This document shows, piece by piece, positions 8,935-19,034 of a stretch of DNA of 58,014 bases. The DNA lies in the NCBI GenBank assembly GCA_005777805.1, contig SXLG01000020.1, positions 1-58,014 of the forward strand, in the 5' to 3' direction. The notes under the pieces are model-generated. The model worked only from the letters and a program-made list of their open reading frames with translations, was not told the origin of the DNA and ran no database searches. The stretch's first letter is position 1; every line of letters begins with the position of its first letter. The position numbers and the translations under genes were made by a program. Origin of the DNA: Pseudomonadota bacterium. Its GTDB lineage: Bacteria; Desulfobacterota; Binatia; UBA12015.

Positions 8935-9986
8935 TGCGGATCGTCGTTCTCGACGGCGCCGCATTGAACCCGGGCGACCTGTCCTGGGAGGCGCTGGCAA
9001 GGCTCGGCGATCTCGTCGTCCATCCGCGCTCGGCACCGGCCGAGATCGTTGCCCGGGCGCGAGGCGCCACGATTGTCTTGACCAACAAGGCCCGGCTCGA
9101 TCGAGCCCTCTTCGCGGCCTTGCCGGAACTCGAGTTCGTCGCCGTGATCGCGACGGGAACGGATGTCGTCGATCTCGCGGCCGCAGCCGATCACGGCGTC
9201 GTCGTCAGCAACGTGCCCGAGTACAGCACGGCATCGGTGGCCCAGCACGTCTTTGCCCTGCTGCTGGAGGTGGTGGCGGCCTGTGGCGCGCACGACGCCG
9301 CGGTGCGCGCGGGCGAATGGAGCCGGGCCGTCGACTGGTGCTTCTGGCGGCAGCCGCTCGCCGAGCTCGAGGGCCGCACGCTCGGCATCGTCGGTCTCGG
9401 TCGCATCGGCCGGCGCGTGGCAAGCATCGGCGCAGCCTTCGGGATGCGGGTGATCGCTGCGCAGCGGCCGGTGTCGGCAACGGGCAGCAGCGGCCGGCCG
9501 TATACGGTGGATGCCGGCGCGGCCGTGGATCCAGCCGCACAGGCCCGCCCGTCCTTGTCCGCGGCCGGCGGCCCACTCGAGACGGTCGTGCGACTTCCGC
9601 TTGACGATCTCCTTGCCGCAGCGGACGTCGTCAGCCTCCACTGTCCGCTCACACCCGCGACCCGGCAACTGATTGACGCCCGCCGGCTGGCACTGATGCG
9701 TCCCGCAGCCATCCTGATCAACACCGCGCGCGGTGCCCTCATCGACGAAGCGGCACTTGCCGCAGCACTGCACGCTGGACGACTCGGCGGTGCGGGGCTC
9801 GACGTTCTGGCACTCGAACCGCCACCTGCGGATCACCCGCTGCTCGCAGTCCCGCGGTGCGTGATCACGCCGCACCTGGCGTGGGCCACCCGCGCCGCTC
9901 GGGCCCGGCTGATGGAGGTCACCGCCGGCAACGTGCAAGCCTTCCTCGCAGGCGCGCCCCGCTACACGGTGGGCCGGCCCGGCTGA
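8934..9986 (+). CDS. D-2-hydroxyacid dehydrogenase (glycerate dehydrogenase-like)
   Basis: VVLDGAALNPGDLSW, GLGRIG, LHCPLT, INTARG, ITPHLAW; coupled to the dacB stop (TGATG). Confidence 0.92.
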   Translation: MRIVVLDGAALNPGDLSWEALARLGDLVVHPRSAPAEIVARARGATIVLTNKARLDRALFAALPELEFVAVIATGTDVVDLAAAADHGVVVSNVPEYSTASVAQHVFALLLEVVAACGAHDAAVRAGEWSRAVDWCFWRQPLAELEGRTLGIVGLGRIGRRVASIGAAFGMRVIAAQRPVSATGSSGRPYTVDAGAAVDPAAQARPSLSAAGGPLETVVRLPLDDLLAAADVVSLHCPLTPATRQLIDARRLALMRPAAILINTARGALIDEAALAAALHAGRLGGAGLDVLALEPPPADHPLLAVPRCVITPHLAWATRAARARLMEVTAGNVQAFLAGAPRYTVGRPG

Positions 9987-10282
9987 GAGAGTGAGCAGAA
10001 ATCGCCGACGCCCTCGGGATACGGGCGGAGGCGTGACGGGGCGTTCCTCGGCAGGGCGCGGGCCGAGAGGCTCGGGGGAGCCCGTCCGCCGGGACCCACT
10101 CCCCGGCGGCGAGCAGGTTGCGGGGCGAGACGGGGGGTCAGGAGACGGGCTCGACGCCCCGGCCTGCGGGCGCGTACGCCCCGGGCTGGAGTGGCCAGCG
10201 GCTTCGCACCGAGCGCCGGCCCGCCGCGGGCGAAGGGCTGCGAGACGCGGCCCGGAGGGGCGAAGTTTTCGCGGCGTTGCTC

Positions 10283-10311
10283 TTGAAATCGTTCATTCTT
10301 AAAGATATGTT
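10283..10311 (+). promoter_or_regulatory. Sigma-70 promoter inside the IS remnant
   Basis: TTGAAA-17 bp-TATGTT in an AT-rich patch. Confidence 0.7.
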
Positions 10312-10337
10312 TGTTAGCGTGGCAAGCGACGGACTCC

Positions 10338-10698
10338 GTGATCGAGAGACGCTTACTCCCGAAGCCCCAGCCACGACGCGATTGACGCGGCCGCCGGGCG
10401 CGACGTCGTCGTCTACGTGCCGCTGCCCAAGCCGCGCGAGGGCGACACGCGCGATCCCCACCTGCCACGCGAGAGCGCCAGCGAGCCGGTGGCTGCCTGG
10501 CGTCGCCGGATGGCCACCGATGAAGCCAAGGTCATCTACAAGGAGCGCGCGGCCACGGCCGAGACCGTCAACGCCGATGCCCAGACGCATCGTGGTCTGG
10601 ACCACATGCCGGGACGCGGCGGCGACAAGGTCCTCGGTGCCGCCTGCCTCTTCGCCCTCACCTACAACATCCTGCGCCTGATCAGCCTCGGCGGCTGA
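10338..10698 (+). pseudogene. IS1182-family transposase fragment (short putative N-terminus joined out of frame to the C-terminal ~110 codons)
   Basis: ...WRRRMATDEAKVIYKERAATAETVNAD...RG..KV...LFALTYNILRL, typical of the DDE C-terminus. Confidence 0.8.
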
Positions 10699-11139
10699 CC
10701 CGGTGGCTCCTCCTCGCGGAAGTCGCCTCCTCCTCCCATCCCAATCTGCCCCCCTGCTCCCGAGAATCGGTGCCGCAGGCGACCAAAGCCTGCTCGGCCA
10801 GCCGTCCGCCACCCCAGCCTGCCTCTGCTCGAAGCCCCGACTCGCCCGATTCCCAAGAGAACAAACGTCGAATCCTCGGAAACCGAGGATTCTGCTCTGG
10901 CTCTGAGCCCGGCCGCGCGGGCGTCGGTGTATCGTAAGTGCTCGCTCGGCCACGTTTGGCGTTGACGATGACGACTCTGCGAAGCTGGTCCGCCTCGAGA
11001 GGAGGGGGCGGACATGGATCGGGAAGCGGCACGGATTCGGGGGTTGGTTTGGGCAGCGGGCCTGCTGGGGCGAGGGATTTGCTCGGTGGTGGTTCGAGCG
11101 CTGTGGAACTCGCAGGCCCGCCGCTGGTAGAGGCGCGGG

Positions 11140-12309
11140 ATGGATTTCGCTTTCACTTCCGAGCAGCAGGAGTTGCGGCGCGAGCTGCGCGGTTACTTCG
11201 CCAGTTTGATGACGGCCGAGGTGTTGGCCGAGGTCGAGGCTGGCCTGCTCGGCGGGCCCGCCTGCCTCGCCGCCGCGCGCCGCATGGGGGCCGACGGCTG
11301 GCTCGGGATCGGCTGGCCGCGCGAATACGGCGGCCAGGGCCGCGGCATGATCGAGCAGTTCGTTTTCTACGACGAGGCGTGGCGGGCGCTGGCACCGATT
11401 CCAATGCTGACGATCAACGCCATCGCGCAGACGATCATGGCGCTGGGCAGCGCCGAGCAGAAAGAGTTCTTCCTGCCACGCATCCTGCGCGGCGAGCTGC
11501 ATTTCGCGGTCGGTTACACCGAGCCGGGTGCCGGCACCGACCTCGCGTCGCTCAGCACCCGTGCCGTCCGCGACGGCGACGACTGGGTGATCGACGGCCA
11601 GAAGCTCTACACCAGCCTCGCTGCCCACGCCGACTACATCTGGCTCGCGGCACGCACCAACCCGGACGCACCGAAGCACAAGGGGATCTCGATCTTCGCG
11701 GTGCCGACCAGCGCCAGGGGTTTCGCCTGGAGCGAACTCGGGACAATCGTCAAATCTGGGACGACAACGACCTTCTACGATCAGGTCCGGGTGCCGCATT
11801 CGGCCCTGATCGGCGAGGTCGACAAGGGTTGGCGGCTCATCACCAACCAGCTCAACTACGAACGAGTCGCGATTTGCCCACCCGGAATGGTGTCGCAGGT
11901 CTACGAGGACACCTGCGACTTCGCCCGCGAGACGCGGCTGGCCGACGGCCGGCGCGTCATCGATCAGCCCTGGGTGCGTGCCAACCTCGCGCGGGTTCGG
12001 GCCCGCATCGAGGCGCTGCGGCTCTTCAACCTGCGCGTCGCATCCCGCGCGACCCTGGATCCGGCCGACGCCAGCGCGACCAAGGTCTACGGCACCGAGA
12101 CTTTCTGCGAAGTTTACCGCCTCCTGCTCGAGGTCTTCGGCGAGGACGGCACGATCCGTCAGGGATCGCCGGAGGCAAAACTCCGCGGCCGCATCGAGCG
12201 CGCCTATCAGGGAACGCTCTTCCTCACCTTTGGGGGCGGGACCAACGAAGTGCAGCGCGATCTGATCGCACTCTTTGGTCTTGGCATGCCGCGCGTGCCG
12301 CGGCACTGA
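11140..12309 (+). CDS. Acyl-CoA dehydrogenase, FadE26/ChsE4-like
   Basis: QQELRRELRGYFASLMT, GYTEPGAGTDLASL, TNQLNYERVA, TFGGGTNEVQRD. Confidence 0.9.
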   Translation: MDFAFTSEQQELRRELRGYFASLMTAEVLAEVEAGLLGGPACLAAARRMGADGWLGIGWPREYGGQGRGMIEQFVFYDEAWRALAPIPMLTINAIAQTIMALGSAEQKEFFLPRILRGELHFAVGYTEPGAGTDLASLSTRAVRDGDDWVIDGQKLYTSLAAHADYIWLAARTNPDAPKHKGISIFAVPTSARGFAWSELGTIVKSGTTTTFYDQVRVPHSALIGEVDKGWRLITNQLNYERVAICPPGMVSQVYEDTCDFARETRLADGRRVIDQPWVRANLARVRARIEALRLFNLRVASRATLDPADASATKVYGTETFCEVYRLLLEVFGEDGTIRQGSPEAKLRGRIERAYQGTLFLTFGGGTNEVQRDLIALFGLGMPRVPRH

Positions 12310-12352
12310 AGGGTTGCCAGGTGATGTCCGATCCGGCCGGGAGAACCGAGCG

Positions 12353-13498
12353 ATGAACTTCGATCCGAATGACGAGCAGCGTGAATTGCAGGAACTCGCG
12401 CGCAGCGTGCTGGCGCGCTTTACGACCACCGCGGGCTGGGCTGCCGTCGAGAGTGATCCCGATCGCCAGCCGGTTGCCGCGTGGGCCGCGCTCGCCGAAG
12501 CCGGCCTGCTCGGCGTGCCGCTCGCGGAAGGCCACGGCGGTATCGGGCTTGGGCTTGTCGAGGCCGTGCTCGTGCTTGAGGAAATCGGACGCAGCGCGCT
12601 GCCGCTGCCCTTCCTGCACAGCGTCGTGATCTGCGCCGGCGCCATCGAGCATTTCGGCAGCGAGGCCCAGGCGTCCGAATGGTTGCCGCGAGTCGTGCGC
12701 GGCGAGGCGCTGCTCGCGGCCGCGCTCGACGAAGAGGGCTGTCCGCTGCCGCCGGCCGTGCCGCTGGCAACCCGGCTCGAGCCCGACGGCCCCGATTTTC
12801 GCTTGACAGGCCGCAAGCTGCATGTGCCACACGCGGCGGTTTCCACGCGACTCGTCGTCCCGGCGCGGCTGCCCGATGGGCGCGCGCGGGTCGTCGTCGT
12901 GGACTCGAACGCCCGCGGCGTCGGCCTCGTGCGCCAGCAAGTGACGACCTTCGACCCGCGCTTCGTCGTCGAGTTCGACGGCGTGCGTGTGTCGCGCGAC
13001 GACCTGCTGGGTGAGGCTGATCAGGGCGAGGCGATCCTCGGATTCATGCTGGACCGAGCCTGGATGGGCCTTGCCGCACTCCAGGCCGGAGTCAGCGACG
13101 AGGCGCTGCGCCTAACCGCGCGCCACGTCTCCGAGCGCGAACAATTTGGCCAGAAGGTCGGCACCTTCCAGGCCGTCGCGCAGCGTGCCGCCGACGCCTG
13201 GATCGACGTGCAGGCCATCCGGCTCACGGCACGCCAGGCGGCGTGGCGGCTCGAGCAGCGCCTCGACGCGGCCGACGAACTCGCGATCGCGCGCTTCTGG
13301 GCGTGCGAGGCGGGCCAGCGCGTGGCGCATACCGCGCAACACCTGCACGGCGGGCTCGGCGTGCTGACCGACTACCCGCTGCACCGTCTCTTCCGGCTGG
13401 CCCGCCAGTTGGAACTCTCTCTCGGCGGCGCCGGTCTGCAACTCGAGCGCCTCGGTGCCGCGATCGCCGACGGTCCCCGCGCCGGCCGCGTGGATTGA
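12353..13498 (+). CDS. Acyl-CoA dehydrogenase partner subunit, FadE27/ChsE5-like
   Basis: REQFGQKVGTFQAVAQRAADAWID, HLHGGLG..DYPLHR, ends LELSLGG; adjacent to the FadE26-like gene. Confidence 0.85.
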   Translation: MNFDPNDEQRELQELARSVLARFTTTAGWAAVESDPDRQPVAAWAALAEAGLLGVPLAEGHGGIGLGLVEAVLVLEEIGRSALPLPFLHSVVICAGAIEHFGSEAQASEWLPRVVRGEALLAAALDEEGCPLPPAVPLATRLEPDGPDFRLTGRKLHVPHAAVSTRLVVPARLPDGRARVVVVDSNARGVGLVRQQVTTFDPRFVVEFDGVRVSRDDLLGEADQGEAILGFMLDRAWMGLAALQAGVSDEALRLTARHVSEREQFGQKVGTFQAVAQRAADAWIDVQAIRLTARQAAWRLEQRLDAADELAIARFWACEAGQRVAHTAQHLHGGLGVLTDYPLHRLFRLARQLELSLGGAGLQLERLGAAIADGPRAGRVD

Positions 13499-13652
13499 CA
13501 GTTCGGCCCGAGCGGCCCGAGCGCGGCGGAGTCGCGCCAATCACCGCATCCGAGATCGGCGGCGGTCCGGAAGTTCGCGGCCTCGGCTCCGGGGCAGGCG
13601 GGCCGTCGCGGTGGATGCGGGGGGCGCGCGGTCTGCCGGGAGGTCGTGCCCC

Positions 13653-15023
13653 TCAGCTCGCGACGACGACTGTTTTGGCGTTGACGAACTCGTGGATGCC
13701 CAGCGCGCCCAGCTCGTGGCCGTAGCCCGAGCCCTTGATGCCGCCGAAGGGCAGGCGCGGGTCGCTGCGGACGAAATCATTGACGGCGCAGGTGCCGACT
13801 TCGAGGCGGTCGCGTGCCAGAGCCCGACCGCGCGCCAGATCGCGCGTGAAGATCGCCCCGCCCAGTCCGTAGCGCGAAGTGTTGGCAAGTTCGATCGCCT
13901 GCGCCTCGTCGCGCGCCGGCACGACGGCGGCGACCGGGCCGAAGAGTTCGTCGTCGAAGGCTGGATTGCCCGGCTGCACGTCGAGCAGGACCGTGGGCGG
14001 GTACCAGAAGCCGGCTCGATCGGGGGCCGTGCCGCCGAGTGCCAACCGGGCGCCACCGGCGCGTGCGCGCTCGACCTGAACCGCCAGCGTGTCGCGCAGA
14101 TCGGCGCGGGCCAGAGGGCCGAGCCGCGAGTCCGGTTCCAGAGGCGGGCGCATCTCGTAAGCCGCCATCTTCGTCAGCACGAGCTCCTCGAACTCACGCC
14201 TGACGCTCTCGACCACGACGAAGCGCTTGGCCGAGATGCAGACCTGTCCGGCGTTGAGCATCCGCGAGGCGACGCAGAGTTCGGCCGTCTTCTCGAGGTC
14301 GGCGTCGTCGAGCACCACGTAGGGGTCGCTGCCACCCAGCTCGAGCACTATTTTTTTGAGCTGACGACCGGCCTCGATGGCGACGGCACGCCCGGCGTGT
14401 TCGCTGCCGGTCAGCGTCACGCCACGCACTGCGGGGTGCGCGATCGCGAGCGGGGCCAGATCGACGTCGATCGCCAGATGGGTGAAGACCCCCTCGGGCA
14501 GGCCCGCGTCGCGGAAGAGCGCGGCGATCGTCGCGGCGCAGCCGGCGACGTTGGGCGCGTGCTTCAGAGCGAAACCGTTGCCCGCCATGAGCGTCGGGGC
14601 TGCGGCGCGGAAGACCTGCCAGAACGGAAAGTTCCACGGCATGACGGCGAAGATGACGCCGAGCGGCCGGAAAGCGACGAAGCTCTCGCGATTCTCGGTG
14701 GCGATGGGCAGATCGGCGAGGAGCCGTGGCGCTTCGTCCGCGAACCATTCGCAGACCCAGGCGCATTTTTCGCTTTCAGTCTCGCCCTGCGCGAGTGGCT
14801 TCCCCATCTCGCGCGCCATCTGCGTGCCGTGCGCATTCTTGCGCTCGCGCAGGAGGCGCGCGACTTCGCGCAGGGGCCGCGCGCGTTCCTCGAAAGACGC
14901 CCGGGCCCAGTCGATCTGGGCGCGGGCGGCCCGATCGAGCGCGGCCACGGCCTCGGCCGCCGAGAGGCTCGGGTGAATTTCGAGCGGGCTGCCATTGCTG
15001 GGGTCGATTGTCTGGAAGGCCAT
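13653..15023 (-). CDS. NAD(P)-dependent succinate-semialdehyde dehydrogenase family aldehyde dehydrogenase
   Basis: MPWNFP, LKHA, TGS, LELGGSDP, NAGQVCISAKRF, ELFGP, PFGGIKGSGYG. Confidence 0.92.
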   Translation of the reverse strand: MAFQTIDPSNGSPLEIHPSLSAAEAVAALDRAARAQIDWARASFEERARPLREVARLLRERKNAHGTQMAREMGKPLAQGETESEKCAWVCEWFADEAPRLLADLPIATENRESFVAFRPLGVIFAVMPWNFPFWQVFRAAAPTLMAGNGFALKHAPNVAGCAATIAALFRDAGLPEGVFTHLAIDVDLAPLAIAHPAVRGVTLTGSEHAGRAVAIEAGRQLKKIVLELGGSDPYVVLDDADLEKTAELCVASRMLNAGQVCISAKRFVVVESVRREFEELVLTKMAAYEMRPPLEPDSRLGPLARADLRDTLAVQVERARAGGARLALGGTAPDRAGFWYPPTVLLDVQPGNPAFDDELFGPVAAVVPARDEAQAIELANTSRYGLGGAIFTRDLARGRALARDRLEVGTCAVNDFVRSDPRLPFGGIKGSGYGHELGALGIHEFVNAKTVVVAS

Positions 15024-15258
15024 GGTTTTCGTCTCCGGATTTTGCGGACAGCTCCGGTCTAGCGGTCCCGCGGTCGCGGCCAAACCAGGGCGACCTCGGC
15101 GCACGCACGGGGCGCAAGGCCACCGCACGATGGCCCGCGTGGGCGGGCGAACCTTCCGGGTGACCGCGTCCGGCCGTGAAAGGTGGCGTGGCTGGCGTTC
15201 CGGTGTGCTCTGTTAGAGAAACCGGGGGACCGGTGGTGGCCGGTCTGAAGGAGGTTCG

Positions 15259-16173
15259 GTGGTGCGGCAAGGCGGTTTTGGGACGGTGCTGGGCCGGGCG
15301 TTGCTGCTCGGCGCGGTGGTGTCGGCGTGCGGCGGCAGCAAGACGCAGGGCCCGCCCCTGGAGGCCGTGGGCTGGAGCGGCTCGACGTGGGTCGTGGCGG
15401 GTGAAGGAGATCGTCTCTGGACCGCGCCCGGGCCGCAGGGCTTCTCGGCGACGCGGCCGATCTCCCCGGCCACGGGCAACCTCTACGGCGTGGCCACCGC
15501 CGGCTCGACCACGGTCGCGGTAGGCGATGCGGGTGCGGTGCTCGTGTCCAACGATGCCACGTCGTGGGAGGTCGTCTCCGTGACCGACGCAGCAGTCTTG
15601 CGCGGCGTGGCTGGCGGCGGCGTCGGCGGCTGGGTCACGGTCGGGCAGGGCGGCGTGATCTACTCCTCGAGCGATGCGCGGGCATGGACGGCGCGCCCGG
15701 GCCCGGTGGCGGGAGATCTGAACGCGGTCGTCTGGGGCAACGGGCTCTGGGTCGCGGTCGGCGCGGACGGCAGCGTCCTCACCTCGCCGGATGCCGTCCA
15801 TTGGAGCAGTGCTGCGAGCGCCACCGTCACCAACTTGAATGGCGTAGCCTTCGGGTCGGGCCATTTCGTTGCGGTGGGTGACTCCGGCGTCGTGACGACT
15901 TCGACGGACGGTCTCTCCTGGTCCTGGCTGCCGATTTTGTCCGTTCCGAACATGCAGGCCGTGGCCTGGGGTGGCGGCCTCTTCGTGATCGTGGGCGACG
16001 ACGGTTCGACCTATGTCTGGTCACCCGGCACGATCGCCGTCGAAACCGACTCGACGGTCGGCGAGGATCTCTTCGGAGTGGCCTGGGGCAACGGCCTTTT
16101 CTTCGCGGTCGGCCACAAGGGCCGCATCGTCGTCTCGCAGGACGGCGTCAACTGGTACGCCCGCCGCATCTAG
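15259..16173 (+). CDS. Lipoprotein with BNR/YCF48-like beta-propeller repeats
   Basis: Lipobox VVSAC; repeated (L)xxVAWGNGxxVAVGxxGxxxxSxDGxxW units. Confidence 0.8.
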   Translation: MVRQGGFGTVLGRALLLGAVVSACGGSKTQGPPLEAVGWSGSTWVVAGEGDRLWTAPGPQGFSATRPISPATGNLYGVATAGSTTVAVGDAGAVLVSNDATSWEVVSVTDAAVLRGVAGGGVGGWVTVGQGGVIYSSSDARAWTARPGPVAGDLNAVVWGNGLWVAVGADGSVLTSPDAVHWSSAASATVTNLNGVAFGSGHFVAVGDSGVVTTSTDGLSWSWLPILSVPNMQAVAWGGGLFVIVGDDGSTYVWSPGTIAVETDSTVGEDLFGVAWGNGLFFAVGHKGRIVVSQDGVNWYARRI

Positions 16174-16242
16174 GCTGACCGGCAAGAGCGGTACGACGGG
16201 CACGAATACGCTCGTGGGGAGACGAGCCATGCGCTGGTTCGC

Positions 16243-17445
16243 TCAGGTCGCGAGGAAGGGCGCGCGCTCCGCGGCCCAGCTTCGCTCGTCGTGCGCGAGC
16301 AGGGCCTCGAGATCCGCTACCGCCGCTTCCGGGTCGTCGACCCATTCGCGCAGGAGCGGGCCGCCGTTGATGACGTCGATCGCGAGACGCTTCGCTTCGT
16401 ATTCGTAGACGAAGTCGCGCCACAGCGGGACCTCGGGCTCGAGCCGGCGCAGCGCCTTGAGCAGCAGCGCGACCAGCCGGAAGGGCCGGAAGCGCGCGTG
16501 GTCGTAGGCCGGATCGTCGACGTGGAGCTGGAGCCCGGCGCAGAGCTGACCTTTATGCTTGTGAAAGGTCGGCTCGAAGAAGCAGGGACGCAGCCGCACG
16601 CCGGCGAGCCACTCGGGCGCCAGTTGGTGCATTTCGCCGAACAACCGCGCGACGTCGATCCCCGGAGCGCCCACGACCTCGAGCGGGCGCGTCGTGCCGC
16701 GGCCCTCCGAGAGCGTGGTGCCTTCGATCAGCACCGTGCCCGGATAGCAGCGTGCCATGTTCAAGCTCGATGCATTCGGGCTTGGATTGACCCAGGCGAG
16801 CTCAAGCAGCGGCCAGCCGAAACCGGGAGCCCGATCCGGTTCCCAGCCCTCGAGTCCGATGGCCTCCAGTTCCAGATCGAGCGAGAAGTGCGCCGCGAAC
16901 CAGCGTGCAAGCTCGCCCAGGGTGAGCCCGTGGCGCATCGGCAGGGGGGCTGCCCCGACGAAGCTCTCATGGCCGGGGCGCAAGCGGAGACCTTCGATCG
17001 GTCGGCCGGCCGGGTTCGGTCGGTCAAGCACCCAGACTGCCTTGCCGAGACGGGCGCAATCCTGGAGCACGTAGGCGAGTGTGGTGGCGAAGGTGTAGAT
17101 CCGGCAGCCGAGGTCCTGCAGATCGATCAGCACGACGTCGACGTCGGCCAGCATCGCGTCGCTGGGCCGGCGCACGTGTCCGTAGAGGCTGTGGATCGGG
17201 ATCCCGTGTACGGCATCGAACTCGTCGGCCGTCTCGACCATGTTGTCCTGCTTGTCGCCGCGCATGCCGTGCTGCGGACCGAAGGCCGCGACGAGATTGA
17301 TTCCGGCAGTACGGGCGAGTGCGTCGAGCGAATGTTCCAGACGCGCGGTGACCGACGCCGGATGCCCCAGCAGGGCGAGTCGGCGTCCGGCGAGTCGGCC
17401 GCGCAGCGCCGGGTCGTCGAGCAGTCGGTCGATGCCGAGCTTCAT
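16243..17445 (-). CDS. namZ: Exo-beta-N-acetylmuramidase (DUF1343)
   Basis: FGPQHG, SLYG, DLQDLGCRIYTF, LDRPNP, RHGLTLGELA, SEGRGTTRP. Confidence 0.88.
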   Translation of the reverse strand: MKLGIDRLLDDPALRGRLAGRRLALLGHPASVTARLEHSLDALARTAGINLVAAFGPQHGMRGDKQDNMVETADEFDAVHGIPIHSLYGHVRRPSDAMLADVDVVLIDLQDLGCRIYTFATTLAYVLQDCARLGKAVWVLDRPNPAGRPIEGLRLRPGHESFVGAAPLPMRHGLTLGELARWFAAHFSLDLELEAIGLEGWEPDRAPGFGWPLLELAWVNPSPNASSLNMARCYPGTVLIEGTTLSEGRGTTRPLEVVGAPGIDVARLFGEMHQLAPEWLAGVRLRPCFFEPTFHKHKGQLCAGLQLHVDDPAYDHARFRPFRLVALLLKALRRLEPEVPLWRDFVYEYEAKRLAIDVINGGPLLREWVDDPEAAVADLEALLAHDERSWAAERAPFLAT

Positions 17446-18302
17446 GGACGGAACTCTCCCGAGCTTGGCCCGGGGTTGCAAGGCCGACGGGAGGATACCC
17501 GCTCGCGGTCATCGCCGAGTGCCGCCGCACCGGCGGCGAGCCGCAGCACGCGCGCCTCGGGCGCGTGGAAGTCAGGTTGCCTCCGCGTGTGCGCGAGCGC
17601 CAGATGCACGATCGTGCCGCGGCCGGTCTCGAGCACGGTGGTGAGATTCAGCTCGAGTACGGCGGGGGCTTCTGTGCGCCGCTCCTCCGGCGAGGGTTCG
17701 GTCGCGGGGGCGGTGCGGTTCGACCGGCTGGAATCGGGCCTGGGCAGCAGCTCGGCCCACGGCCCCGGGCCGGCTGGCGGGACAGCCGCATCCGGCGCCG
17801 ATCTCGACGTCACGGTCTGGGCTGCCGCGACAGGCATCGACGCAGAGTCAGGCGCATCCACTCCAGGCGGGAAGGCGGCTTGCGGCAACGCCAACGTCGC
17901 CGCAAGCCGGTAGCTCGTCGCTTCGCGCTGGACACGGAAGAGGTTCTGCGTCCCGTCGCCGACAGGAGAGGGGGCCGCGCGATAGGAGGTAAAGGCCCAG
18001 GTGGCCCAGTCGCCGTTCGGGGCGAGGTTGAACTCGATGTAGGACGAGCGGCCGAGCCCGCCGACGAAGACCTCGAAGCAGGTTGATCGCCACAGGCCGT
18101 CCCGGCGCTCAGGTCTCCCGCCGGGTTCGGGCAGCAACAACTCCGCGATCGGTCCGTCGATTCTGAATTCGACTTCGAGGTGGTGGCCCGCGAGTCGGGC
18201 GCGTGCGGCGACCTGGACCGCCAGTACGTCGCCGGCGGCCGGGAAGGGCACGAGCCGGTGCCAGCCCCGAGCGGAGGGGGGATCGTGCCACGTCGCATCC
18301 AT
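17442..18302 (-). CDS. DOMON-like domain protein with a low-complexity insertion
   Basis: RRDGLWRSTCFEVF, YIEFNLAPNGDW..F.SYR, C-terminal ALAH...PDFH; start approximate. Confidence 0.75.
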   Translation of the reverse strand: MDATWHDPPSARGWHRLVPFPAAGDVLAVQVAARARLAGHHLEVEFRIDGPIAELLLPEPGGRPERRDGLWRSTCFEVFVGGLGRSSYIEFNLAPNGDWATWAFTSYRAAPSPVGDGTQNLFRVQREATSYRLAATLALPQAAFPPGVDAPDSASMPVAAAQTVTSRSAPDAAVPPAGPGPWAELLPRPDSSRSNRTAPATEPSPEERRTEAPAVLELNLTTVLETGRGTIVHLALAHTRRQPDFHAPEARVLRLAAGAAALGDDRERVSSRRPCNPGPSSGEFRP

Positions 18303-18428
18303 GCGGGTCCGCATCCGAGCAGGCGAGGGGGCTCGGGTAAAGGACTCCCGCACCGGGTGCGCGGTTGGGGCGGAACGGCCGCGCCGCCGCGAGGGGCGAG
18401 GGCGACCGGGAGCGTGTAGGCTCGGCGC

Positions 18429-18677
18429 GTGGCTTCGCCGGTCGACGAGGAAATGGTCGAGATCATGCCTGCCCAGCTCAGTCGCGCGGCGCTGGAGGGA
18501 CTCGTGGTCGAGTTCGTCACGCGCGACGGCACCGACTACGGCTCGCGCGAACGCGCGGTGGAAGACAAGGTGGCGCAGGTGCTGCGCGCGATCGAACGGG
18601 GCGAGGCCCGGATCGTCTTCGAGACCCGCTCGGAAACGGTCAACATCGTGCCGGTTGTCGCCGCGCGCCGCTCCTGA
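18429..18677 (+). CDS. YheU family (UPF0270) protein
   Basis: LEGLVVEFVTRDGTDYG...GEARIVF...ETVNIV; start GTG 18429 or ATG 18453. Confidence 0.85.
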   Translation: MASPVDEEMVEIMPAQLSRAALEGLVVEFVTRDGTDYGSRERAVEDKVAQVLRAIERGEARIVFETRSETVNIVPVVAARRS

Positions 18678-18689
18678 GAGGGGTCTCGC

Positions 18690-19034
18690 TCAACGCCGCT
18701 CGAAGCACTCATCGCTGCGCGCCGCCATGATGAAATCGTTGCGGTGCAGGCCACGGATCGTGTGCGTCCACCATTGCACCGTGACGCGGCCCCACTCGGT
18801 GGTGAGCGCGGGGTGGTGGTCCTGTTCCTCGGCAATGCGGCCGATCGCGTTGGTCAATTCGAGAGCCGCCGTGAAGTCGGGGAGGTTGTAGGTCCGGGTC
18901 AACCGCTCGATGCCGTCGATCTCGATGATCGACCACTCCGGGATCTCGGCCAGGAGCGAGGGATTCTCCGCCGCGATCACGCGCGGCCCGTCGGCGCGAC
19001 AGGCAACGCAGCTCTGCGTTCTAAGGGGGCTCAC
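18690..19034 (-). CDS. phhB: Pterin-4-alpha-carbinolamine dehydratase
   Basis: CVACR, AEEQDHHP, WWTHTIRGLHRNDFIMAA. Confidence 0.92.
   Translation of the reverse strand: MSPLRTQSCVACRADGPRVIAAENPSLLAEIPEWSIIEIDGIERLTRTYNLPDFTAALELTNAIGRIAEEQDHHPALTTEWGRVTVQWWTHTIRGLHRNDFIMAARSDECFERR

Larger units (their letters stand above)
9987..10903 (+). mobile_element. Internally deleted, non-autonomous IS1182-family element
   Basis: Left end GAGAGTGAGCAGAA versus reverse complement of right end GAGCCAGAGCAGAA (11/14); TGA duplicated at 9984-9986 and 10904-10906; contains a transposase C-terminal remnant. Confidence 0.75.

Noticed and set aside
10138-12846. Long antisense ORFs (this 902-aa one, also 31962-34034, 35850-37811, 48230-50476, 50495-52258, 56064-57827)
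   Set aside because: They overlap motif-supported genes on the other strand, lack motifs, and are expected in high-GC DNA.
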